A DNA stretch of 63,565 bases, filler included, from Choristocarpus tenellus KU-1152 (Eukaryota > Protista > Phaeophyceae), in NCBI GenBank assembly GCA_964200185.2. It is 13 parts of 13 records of this genome, joined end to end, with 100 filler letters (N's around TTAATTAATTAA, not from the genome) between each part and the next. Parts side by side here need not be neighbours in the genome. Positions count along the whole stretch, not along the records: positions 52,700 to 56,134 come from CAXNAD020020043.1; positions 56,235 to 60,788 come from CAXNAD020014025.1; positions 60,889 to 63,565 come from CAXNAD020025727.1; 10 more parts are not named here. One strand, 5' to 3'. The notes below the pieces were generated by a model. It did no database searches, was not told where the DNA came from, and worked only from the letters and a program-made list of their open reading frames with translations. A program made the translations under genes and the position numbers. Below are positions 52,777 through 63,565 of the stretch, one piece after another (position 1 is the first letter of the stretch; the number at the start of each line of letters is the position of its first letter).

Positions 52777-55600
52777 AAGCCTAGAAAACGATTTCGTCTA
52801 GAACGCCGTGGAGATGCTTGTGAAAGACCACCTCATACCTCTAGCCAGTGAATACGGTCAGACCCTAGAGGTCCTCCACATCTGGTCCGACGGCTGCAGG
52901 AGTCAGTTCAAGAACAGATAGCAGATGTGGTGGGTTTCTCAGTCTTTAGCGCGGGTGGGAATTTCTGTAGTACACAACTTCTTTGCCTCCTGTAAGGGCA
53001 AGTCCTTGTCTGATGGAGTCGGGGCTGTGGTGAAGTCTGCTGCCAGTAGACTGGAACTACACGGGGTGCGCAAGCCAGGAACCTCATCCCTAGTGGATAC
53101 AATCAAGGCAACCAAAACCCAGTATACCTTGAGGGATCAGACACCAGAGGAAGAGTAACGCTACCGCAGAGGTCATAAGGTTCCTCCCGGACAGACAATC
53201 GTCACAAAGATAGGCACATTCCACATGATGGCCCCCCCAACTCATAAAGTTCGGCCTCTGTTTTCCACTGACGACAACCCCAACATGTACGCCCCTTGCC
53301 CACCTATGCAACAAACACGCAATATATACCGTTCAAACTTGTGTCACATCCGTCACTCCCTTCATGCCGACACGACATGCAGTGTCAAGATAACACATAC
53401 GCACTTATCAAATGACTGCACAGACAGTCCGTGCACACATACAACTATCGCCGCCTATTTTGTACAAGTCTGCCAATCAGTAAACTTGCGCAAAAACTCC
53501 AAGTTCTCGCTTGCTTTCCAGTGTCAACGTCGACCATCCACCCATCGCTTGTTGCAGGAATAGATAGCACATATACTACATCCATGATTCTCCCCATCCA
53601 CAATAATTTGATCCCTGTTTGCCACTCGCAACAGTCTGCACCCTCCTGCCCCTTGATAACCCATTCACTAAACACGCAATAGATATCGTCGACCCATTAT
53701 GTCACATCCGTGCCTTACCTTCATGTCGACACCCCGAATCACATGATAATCGCACATTCGCATTTCTTGATCGACCGCACACCGTCCGTGCACACTTGCA
53801 ACCATCGCCCTCGATTTAGAATAAGTCCGTCAATCCGTAAACTAACCCAAAACTCCGAGTTATTGTTTTCTTTCACGTAACAACGTCGGCCATGCACCCA
53901 TCGCTTGCTGCAGGAATAGATAGCACATGTACCACATCCATGATTCTCCCCATCCACAATAATTGATCCCTGTTTGCAACTCGTGACAGTCTGCACCCTC
54001 CCGTCTCTTGCTAATCCATACACTAAAAAGGCAATAGATTTCGTTGACCCATTGTGTCACATCCGTACCTTCCCTTCGTGTCGACACCAAGAATCACTGA
54101 TAATCGCATATTCGCACTTCTTAATCGACCACACACAATCCGTGCTCACTTGCAACCATCGCCCTCTAATTTTCAGAAGTCTACCAATCGGTAAACTAAC
54201 CCAAAAGTCCAAGTTTGGGGTTTCATCACATATTGACATCTGTCATTTACCAAACACTTGTTACAGGAATAGGTAGCACGTATCACTCCAAAGAAAATGT
54301 CATCACATCGAATCGGTCACAGCACACTGCCTCAATGCTGACACGGACTCCACGTACCACCCCTCCCCTTATATGCACAATCACCACAACCCTTACGATT
54401 GGACGGACAGGGACGGCAGACAGCACAGTAACACGTATACGAAACTTCTATAAATCGACACGTTCCGCACACAGGAGATAGTCCACCTTCCGTCTTACAA
54501 GATCGACCGTGCGGGACAACACAACCCACGTGTCCCAAGCCTCGGTGGAATCAAGTCCATGCACAGGTTCTTCACTGGTCGGCTCACCACAGAAGACCCC
54601 CGTACATTGATATACGCCGAACTGTCGTGCTACTGCACGAACTGTTCCTTCGGCAACCTGGCCCAATGCAGGTGACAACTAACTCACGTGCCCCTGCTTA
54701 AGGAGATAGACCTCAGATTTTCCACGGAAGCAGGAACGGGTGATATGTATCTGAGAAGTCAGCTGTCGAGGAAGTACAGACAGCTCGCTGAGGGGAACAT
54801 ACGTATTGTGCGGACGCAGCCATCAGAGTACAATGGTATAGAGTTCTAGCCATCCACTGTCCACCGCAAGGACATGATTCAATGGAATGCCAGGCACCAC
54901 TCCAGCTACGGAGGGATGTTCAGTGCTGGAGATGAGGTCGTCTTAGTCACTGAAGACTTCGAGGTGCTGAGTGCTAGCTTTGTTGATGGAGCGCCAACTA
55001 CTCACATGTCATGGACGGACAAGGTGAGAAACGCTTCTCATTGCTTCTAAGAGAACAATGCCCCACACGAATGAATCCACGCTGTCCATGTACAGATGTC
55101 ACATATCCCCTGATATCCCCTCTAACCCAAATAAATTCCTCCCATAATGTCCAACCCTGACATCCAAACCAGTGTCACTTTCTTCTCCTAATCTGCAACC
55201 ACCACTGACACTTTCCACATCATATTCTACAAGTTATGTAGGGCAAATAAGCGTATCCCATTCATTTATTTCGCTGTCTAAGTGTGTCCTCTATCCTACA
55301 TAAAACTATCCGTTTCTCAAAAAGATCAACAAGAACACCCCTATACAACCAAACAAGGCCATCACGCGCAAACACGTGCCAATAGTCCTACACAACAACA
55401 CAGCCCCTGCAACGAACATATCTATGGTGATGCAGGACGCAAAAATGGGTCCCCGCGTCGTGCCCCTTCAGGCTATCATCATCCCAGACTTCACAGACAT
55501 CAACCACAACCACCTGGACAACACATTCACGATCCTGCCTGGTCAATACCAGAGGTTCACCTCGGAATCCAACCGGCAATCCCTCGGTGAGATACCTGCT
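52777..55600 (+). pseudogene. Intron-containing Sola2-like DDD transposase (C-terminal part)
   Basis: LHIWSDGCRSQFKNR*...VHNFFASCKGKSLSDGVGAVVK matches the Sola2 pattern SDGCxxQxKN / FFxxxHGKxxxDGxG. Exon 54420-55023 contains GIKSMHRF...LSCYCTNC.....C. A probable further exon starts at ~55404. Premature stops are present. Confidence 0.7.
53290..54290. repeat. Three tandem ~357-bp units inside the Sola2-like transposase intron
   Basis: TGTCACATCCGT anchors at ~53342, 53700 and 54055; CAGGAATAG..AGCAC anchors at ~53555, 53911 and 54264. Confidence 0.85.
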
Positions 55601-56657
55601 CGCTTCTCTAGGCAACTCAGACTTGGGGACACATCCGATACCAGGTTCGGTCGAGGAACCAGCTTCATCCTACGTGCGAGTGGGGGATCTATCTTACAGG
55701 GGAAGGTCAGCGATGTTCAAGTGGATGGTTCAGGGGCGAATATTTTACTCAGTGTCCTACCTTCCAGAATACGTTTACTCCCATGCCCCAATCCTTTTTC
55801 CTCCCCTCTTTGCGTTGATCGGACCACAGAGCAATTGACAGAAACCTTACTAAAACTATGTTGATGCACAAGCATCTCGTACTCCATACCACCATCTTCA
55901 GCACAAGTCGAGATTTCCACAACAGATGACCTCTCTTCCACACCCAAACCAAGCGGCTGCAACCACCCCGACTCCAAACTTTGAACCCAACAGCAACTTC
56001 CCTGAGCCATAATAACATAGTATATACCCACTCAAGCGCCAAGCGTAGGTCCTAAAGCCATTTTATCCCGAACTACATCATAAGAGGACGGTGACTGGGT
56101 AAAAGTATCTTGGGGGGTGGTGGTTTGTGAGGGGNNNNNNNNNNNNNNNNNNNNNNNNNNNNNNNNNNNNNNNNNNNNTTAATTAATTAANNNNNNNNNN
56201 NNNNNNNNNNNNNNNNNNNNNNNNNNNNNNNNNNCTGTCAACTGTTGTAAATGGGGGGGGGGGGGTCTCCTAGACTCTGAAACTCCACTGTAACTCATCT
56301 CTCTCAGGCAATCAACAACATAGTTACTGCATATACACTTTATACCTACCCTCTGTCATCAATTGATGCAGCACCTGTTGCCAATAATAAGCAGAATTGA
56401 AGCAATGCCTAGTGATGACTAAGTCAAGAACACAGGTACATTGGAAAAAAGAGTACAAAACGGTCCAGTTCCATCTTGTGAAGAATGTGCTCCTGTGCCA
56501 GAACCCAAATAGACACAATACATACAGCAGATACAAGGCAGAAAAAAAAAACTCTGCAGGCAGACACACAAGTTCCCAACTGTCCAAATAAATTGGTCTT
56601 GTTACACACCGCTTTTGCCGATCATATTCTACCCAACATCACTTCAAAGTCATTCAC

Positions 56658-59600
56658 CTCGATGTGGTGTACGCCTTCCATGCATCCGCTGCTTCAGTAT
56701 CAGCGCTCCCTCCCCTAGTGAACACAAACAAGCTTCCGCGGCCACCTCTTCCAAGTCGAACCTAATCATAGCGAGTAAACCAACCGCCGCGAGACAAGAG
56801 GACAAACACTCTTGCTCAGGTACAAACGATCTCAAAGCAGCTCGCACCATCTTCTCGTGGACAACTCATCCAGCCGTGAACACAAGCAGCCGTTGGTTCG
56901 ATGCTTGTTCAAGCGACAGCATACACGAATAGACAGACTAGTGTTGTCTGACAACACTTGATGCTGCCATGCGTAAAAACAAGGGTCGACATATGGTCAA
57001 TGACCTGCCGAAGACACTAATGGCATTAAAGCGCCCCTAACTCTTATCGTGGCTCTCACTCGTTCATCCAAGTACGTAGCAGCCAGGGCAACATTGCTCA
57101 CTGGCCCGATGGAGAACGTAAGGCCGTGTTTTCCAAGGATACTGAACCGTGGTGGGTCAAAAGCCGCATGAACGAAGTTTGGCCTATCTGGGATAGCCTG
57201 AATGAATGAAAGCATGGGGCGGCAGGGTGTTGAAAGAGGGATTAGCAGTCAGATGGGTCTTAAGCCCCCCCCGCCTGGTGGCGTCAATGCAAGCAACATG
57301 TATGCAGAGACCAACCTGCCATGAATTGATTAGGTAATTGGATTGTGAAACCATTGAGTCTTTCCAAGGCAAAGTAAAACATTGGGAAAATTTGCAGAGT
57401 TCACACCCATTACAATCCCTTCGCCATAGAGCATTGATGGATGCATACAGAGAAGTGTTGTGATAAAATTGGCAACTACTGTGTGGTACCTGTGTACCCC
57501 TTAATATCACCTTGAAGTCCCCCTGCAGAGTGACACAGCCTGATAGCAGTCCAAGCGCTCGGAAAGTGACCATGTTAATGGCTGTGTCTGGAGCGACAAG
57601 GTGCTGGAACAGGTCCTCGGTCCTGTAAGTGTATGAGGACAAGAACATGTATTGTCTTGGTGAGGCAGTCAAAGACGAAAGAGAGCTATGGGTAGAAATA
57701 ATTCCTTGGGGTCGGGCACTTAAAGACAGGGCGCTCACAGCGGTCAACTCCCCACCCTGATCAGAGTTTTTGTGCAGGCTTTGCAGTTCACCTATCATGC
57801 TATATCACACACACACACACACACACACCTGCTACTGCACACCAACTGAAATATTGCAGGTCTTTGTTAGGGCATTGACGGGACATATCCACAAGAGAGA
57901 TCAACAGGTGAAATTATTGGGAGTGCATTGCTTACAACGATGACCTTCCTGTGCAACAGTTGGAATATCTCCAGTATCAGGGATTGGATGATGCCTCTGT
58001 ACTTCTAGGCTAGAACTATGACGACAGTCTAGAAATAATTGAGGGAACACGTGTCTATCAGATCACACCCAGTCCACCAGCTTGGTATTTACAGCTTAAA
58101 ATATGACATGCTTTGACAGCACTATTCTTGCCAATACTAACAATAAATGCTGCAGGCGTAGCCTTCAAGCAAAATACCGCCACCCACTTGCCACAGGAAT
58201 GTTGGATCTTCCGTGTGCTATCTCTCTGCCTCGTCTTGATTGGCATTGACACATAAATGAGTACACTGTTTTGTCACCTGGAATCACACAGGATACGATA
58301 TTTTAGCCACTGGTCACTCCTCCACCAAACACCGAATTCCATGCTGCTTGTACTTGAAATTGTTATCCACTGACACTCATTGCTCGCACCATGTATCGCA
58401 CCTGCTGCATCAATAATGCAGCCGCAATTTCTACTACAAATCACATCTATGACTAGCTGTAACCGCACACGTAGAAAGCAACTTTCACGAGAAAAGCATC
58501 ATCGGCACCCGCACATTTCAAATGAGCAACGGAGTCGACATAAGCTGTAATACACAACGCAACTCACCTGAAGATGAATCTTCCCAAGCGACCCCTCCAC
58601 CGCCCGCCCGCTGGGTTCCCTCTCTGAGAGCTGCCGGAGCTAACGTAGGCAACATTGTAGTTGCCGAAAATCTTTGGGTCGGATAGCCAATCCGTACCCT
58701 CGCCGATGGTGTTGAGCTACTAGTGCAATTGGTTGGAGTAGAAAATGTGGACAAAGAGGTGTGGTCACATGAGGTTTTTAGAAAGAGTCTTCAAACCGGA
58801 GAGTCTTTCCTTGTTCGCCAGCATTGCGCATTTCTCCTCAACTTCTACACTTCTTTGCGATTGACATGAAATACATTTGTGGAGTACAATCTATTCTCAG
58901 TGTTTCTTCCGTTGAGACTCTGAATTGTGCTCCAACCGCTCACTCCTGCAAATGCAACACTTTACCTTCTCAATCAAGGCGTCGATTTCTTCCCTCTGCT
59001 CTAGCGTTGCACGGGCACCCCTATCTGTCCCTTGTATTCGTTGCAAAATTTCAGATACAATATCTTCTCCAACTTCTGCACGGGGTAGTTCTCCTTCTCC
59101 AGAGGTGACCGACTTCATATCTGTTCGTCGTGAAACATCACGAGTTCGCCTGCACAAGTTCTTAGACACGATAAGTGGTTGGATGAATGGTATTGAGTTG
59201 TTCGAGTTTGAAATGTGTCAACATCAAAATGAACATACCCTGTCCAACTTGAGAGCTCGGTTTGCGTTTACGTAGTGAGTGTTGACCTGTTGTGCAGCAT
59301 TGAACGATTATACTGTCATAGAGTAGACACTAGCAGTACTGAGACAGAGGAGGTGACGCCCGATCGAGGACTTAAGTGAGATGGCTACTACTGCATCTCA
59401 GTGATACGGATCGCTGAAGGGATGTTTTGTCCCTGGTCCTGTACAACACCACAAATGTTGAAAGTTCAATATCAAGTCAACCATTTATGACGACGGTCAA
59501 CTTGGATAATCTTTGATAACGTGTAATTGTCGTCTTCACAGTCGAACATTGAGTCCAGTATGGTAGTTTTGTTGCAGTTCGAGGGGATTTAGGATAAGGT

Positions 59601-59916
59601 GACGATTTGTGTCATCGAACGTAGGGGCGTACAAAGATATACAACTGTACAATGATAGTCTTATCACAATGTTGTAACACATACGCGGTATTTACTGAAT
59701 TTTACTAGAAATGCATGAGTCTGTGTTGTGGACGCAACCAGAGGTACAAAGTACAGATAGGTTGGATACTTCCTTCCAAAAGGCAAGACAGTTGAAATTT
59801 TGAAATTCGCAGCTTACATTCTGGCGTATGGTATGTGGCGAGAATGCTCGAGGAGAGAACGAGAGAACCGACGAATCCAAAAATATGAGAGCAAGTACAC
59901 ATGCTACGCGCCACAT
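56658..59916 (-). CDS. Plastid lipid-associated PAP/fibrillin protein (FBN10/PAP12-like). Exons 59916-59818, 59312-59272, 59149-58966, 58716-58568, 57622-57511, 57197-57060, 56761-56658; 3' end not located
   Basis: Phase-consistent GT-AG exons give a signal peptide with an SF motif, then GTDRG..ATLEQREEIDALIEKL, KIFGNYNVAYVS..PAGGRWRGRLGRFIFR, TEDLFQHLVAPD..NMVTFRALGLLSG.V.L.G, FDPPR and TYLDERVRLGRGGRGSLFVF. The 41-nt exon 2 is inferred from phase only. Confidence 0.88.
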
Positions 59917-60608
59917 TTTGCTACTAGTCCTCCGCAAGCTCTGTTCAAGGAACATGTGCGAAGTACAAAACGGTTTGCACATTGTGCAGGAGGCGTTTCC
60001 AGTGTAAAACATGTAGAAATATGTTGTGTTATGTACACTCGTATGTGTAACATATATCTTTCGTTTGTACTATACAAGATTTCGACGACCTCCCAAACGA
60101 TATATCGACTCTCTCCTGGTACTCTCTCTCTCTCTTATCTCTGCAAGTCTCTGACAAAGTTACCGTCTGTTGTGCAACTCTATCCAGGAGGACGAGTGTC
60201 CACGTCAGAGGTGGAGGCATCTATCTGGCAAATTAGACTGACTACTAGTTTACTGTTAAAATATTACCGCGTAAGAAAAACACATACATGGACATACTCT
60301 GTGATCATCATATAAAAATATTTAAACCCCATAGTATAATTATCAAAAAATAATACCTAGTAAGAGTTCAGACAAAATCCAGTTTTTTCCAACAACAACA
60401 GCGGTACATCCGTGCATGGATTCCTAGGAGTAGGGGTAGTAGAAGTAGTTCAGATGGAGTTGATTTCTTGTTTTCAAAAGTACTAAGTAATTACTGTTGG
60501 TGTATGATGTATTATTAGAGAACTTCACAACCTCGGAGCAATACATAGTTTGTTGTGTCCTTGTTGTATTCTCCATCTCTCTCTGTGTGCCCCTTTTAGA
60601 ATGTTTGT

Positions 60609-60788
60609 GACCCAAAGTATCTGTGGGGGGTGTGTGTGGCTACACCAGGGTGTCCATTTACACCAAAATCAGAAAAAGTGCGTTTACATCATCCATCCGA
60701 CGTACGCAACCAAATTACCCAAAAATCGCGACATAAAAAAATTGACCCCAATTGGACAGCCGCTACCCCCCCCCCTGATACTACGAGC
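60609..60788 (-). mobile_element. MITE family A, reverse copy (other partial ends at ~52543, ~56097, ~63543)
   Basis: Reverse complement of the family A body with TIRs. Confidence 0.8.
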
Positions 60789-60902
60789 NNNNNNNNNNNN
60801 NNNNNNNNNNNNNNNNNNNNNNNNNNNNNNNNTTAATTAATTAANNNNNNNNNNNNNNNNNNNNNNNNNNNNNNNNNNNNNNNNNNNNTTTTATTATGTT
60901 TT

Positions 60903-60951
<49 letters not shown>

Positions 60952-60965
60952 CTGACTAACTGTAG

Positions 60966-61737
60966 GATGTGGTGATAAAGGTTGTGGATGAGGGAGGCGG
61001 GATACGAAGGTCCTACATGAACCGTATATGGAGTTACCTATTCACCACTGCAGACCCGGCAGTACAAGAGGGCTTCATCAACCTGGGGCAGGGGCAAGCA
61101 GAGAGTGACCACGCCAAAGAGTCACCGCTTGCTGGTCTTGGGTATGAAAAAAAAGTTGGGGGGCAGGGGGGAGGAGGGGGGGGGTGGGCAGACAACCATG
61201 GAGTATGTTTCATGTCCAAGGGCAATGCATTTTTCTGTTATTTTTTATTTTGTAGTTGTGCTTTGGGTTTTGATTCAGAGTTAGGGCTTCTGTTTTTTTC
61301 CCTTTTGCGAGTACTTTTTTGTTTGTTTGTTTTTTTGATGGGCTGCATCCTCTGAGTCCTGTAAGTCCTGTAAGAATTGTTTCAATCGGAACAATCTATG
61401 CCTTGATTGGCAGGGGCAGACCGGAGATGTCAAGAGCTAGTACAAACAACGCCTCTGAGAGAGGGAGGCAAGAGAAGGGTGTTGTGGTTTTTGTTGTGGT
61501 GTGTATCTTAGCCTTCTTTTTGTAAATGTGTGTCAAAATCAATTGTTCATCCTGCCCTGTTTGTGCCCACCTTGCCCCGCGGTTGTGCCTTTGTCTTGAA
61601 GGTATGGCCTCCCCATCAGCCGTAGCTATGCTCGGTACTTTGGCGGAGACTTGAGTCTCATGTCCATGGAGGGATATGGTACTGATGCATTTGTCCACCT
61701 CAGCCGCCTCGGGCACCACTCAGAACCTCTGCCGTGA
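60966..61737 (+). CDS. PDK: Pyruvate dehydrogenase kinase, last two exons (60966-61141, 61602-61737)
   Basis: [26 protein letters not shown]...PLAGLG|[44 protein letters not shown]: canonical PDK/BCKDK ATPase C-terminus with an in-phase splice. Confidence 0.92.
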
Positions 61738-62929
61738 TTTGGTGGGGCACAGGAGGCTATGTACAGAATGCGTTATTGTGCCAGGAGGCATAGTGTGTGT
61801 GTGTGTGTGTGTTATAGGTGTGTATGTAGCACAAGTAATTATTGTAGGGCATGTTCAGGAACGGCTCTTCAACGATGTGAGATGGAGCAAATGATCTTCA
61901 GCTGCCTGGCAAGTTCGTAAAGTGTGACATAATGAACATAATTGTCGTTATAATTTTTGGTATGCTATTTTCCTTTATGCATACGCCTATTGTACAGGGA
62001 GAAGTATTGCACGTAGATGTGGTTGTGTGGCATGACTGACTGACCCACTTGGTGTCAGTCTGGTGTTGGTTGTGTACGTGATACACTCACTCATCGACGT
62101 TCAACTTCTTTCATCTTGTGTGTTGAATAACAAGTCCTGTGTAACCACTGTTACCATTATTGCTAGCATTGGAGAGGTGGGGAACTTGTGTTTGAAAGGT
62201 TCGGAAAGGAGGAGAACCAGCAGTGCAATACTCGGAATACATAACGTAGCAGAGAAGGAAATAAGAACAATAATGAAAGAGAAAGGCAAGAATAAACTCA
62301 ACATTGCTATGTGGGGCAGTCGAGACCCAGGTGCTAGTCGCCAGTGCCCTTGTGACTTGGACTGAATATCATCGATGAAGTCAACATCCCTCCACAACAC
62401 CCACAGGAAAAAAAAAACTCAGGGTCACATCCGGCCCATCCATCCGGACTCTGCCCATCACATCTCATGAGGACATCGTAAGGTTCAAGAGGAGTATTAC
62501 CCGAGAGAAGCAATGCTAAACAGGTAATAGTGAGGTGTTCATGCATATGCCTTGACCTTCCTGAGCTACCCTTGCTGCTTTAGCATGGCGTACTGGAGCT
62601 TAATGCTACTTATTTTGCTTGCTACCTGTCGATAAAGCATTTGCTTGATTCCATCAACCACAAATGCATACCCTCTGTGTCGATTTATCTTCCCTTTTAT
62701 GCAACCTCTTTACCCTCATCCCAAGATTTTCGAGGACATTTTTCAAACGTTTCTACTACAGCAGTTCTTCTCCTGGCTATACTACTTCTATTTCCTATCT
62801 GCAAGTTACCCAACAAACCTACAGTACTGTGTTTGGCAGTTGCTCATCACCCTTGCATACAACCCCAGTCTTAAGGAGGGCAACTTTGTATGACAGATTG
62901 TGATCTGTGCGTTCTACACATTACTGAGC

Positions 62930-63540
62930 GTCACCCTTGACCAACAAGTCATTTGTGTGTTGAAGCAACCATCTAGTGTAAACACAGTGTCACTTGCAAA
63001 ACCGTTGGAAGGATCCAAAGTGGCTATCGCTCTGTCCGTTTCACAACTCGAATCTGTACATGATTTTGACACGTGACTTGTCCAGCAAATTTCGCAGGTA
63101 GGCACGTGGTGAAAGTTTTCTGTCTGCTTCACTTGTTGATCTGTACAAGATATACCAGGTGGTCACTTCAACAGCAACGTTTGTTTGCGATTTGGCGAAG
63201 GTGATGGCAATTAATTTCCAAACCCTTGGAAGGATCCAAAACCGCTTTCTGTGCATTTCACAACTAACTGAAGTGTAAAGAAAACATCAGGTGACATGAC
63301 GAGCAGCGTTCGCAGTTTGGCACTCAGTAGCAGTTACAAAACCTTTGGAAGAATAGAATAGCAGTTCCTTGAAACTGATACCAGAAAGGGTGACTTGAGT
63401 AGTAACAATTTTCGCAATTTGCAGCTAGGCCCACAGTGGCAGTTACAAAACCCTGGGAGGGATCAAAAACGAGCTTTTTTTCTGTTCGTTTCACTTCTCA
63501 AATGCGCACAAGAAGCGAACAGGTGGCTTGAACAGCAGTA
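62930..63540. repeat. Degenerate repeat region with a recurring AAACC(C/G/T)TTGGAAGGATC motif
   Basis: The motif occurs at ~62999, 63221, 63339 and 63448. The minus strand reads DPSxGF repeats broken by stops. Confidence 0.5.
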
Positions 63541-63565
63541 GTGGGTCAAAGTATCTTGGGGGGGG

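Noticed and set aside
59800-60315. 171-aa + strand ORF
   Set aside because: It is antisense to the fibrillin first exon and promoter, with no domain or codon signal.

Overview
This window is eukaryotic, intron-rich, repeat-dense DNA. It is most likely a stramenopile or brown alga; that is an inference from the GT-AG introns, a bipartite plastid-targeting presequence and TTAGGG fragments. It is not one contiguous locus: 12 identical 100-bp N-TTAATTAATTAA-N linkers join 13 short contigs. Recognisable host genes are a 7-exon plastid fibrillin (FBN10/PAP12-like, minus strand), the last two exons of pyruvate dehydrogenase kinase, the last exon of a KsgA/Dim1-family rRNA dimethylase and two exons of a DUF3638-like protein. 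Most of the rest is mobile DNA: decayed chromodomain Gypsy elements, LINE and Copia debris, a Sola2-like transposase pseudogene, and related MITE families with 4-bp TSDs. The most notable item occurs twice, on separate contigs. It is a module in which an intron-containing Sola3/DUF7869-like transposase lies head-to-head with a ParB/Sulfiredoxin-fold gene, separated by a repeat array carrying recurring ATCCG-N-CGGAT palindromes. All family assignments come from motif recognition by eye, with no database search.
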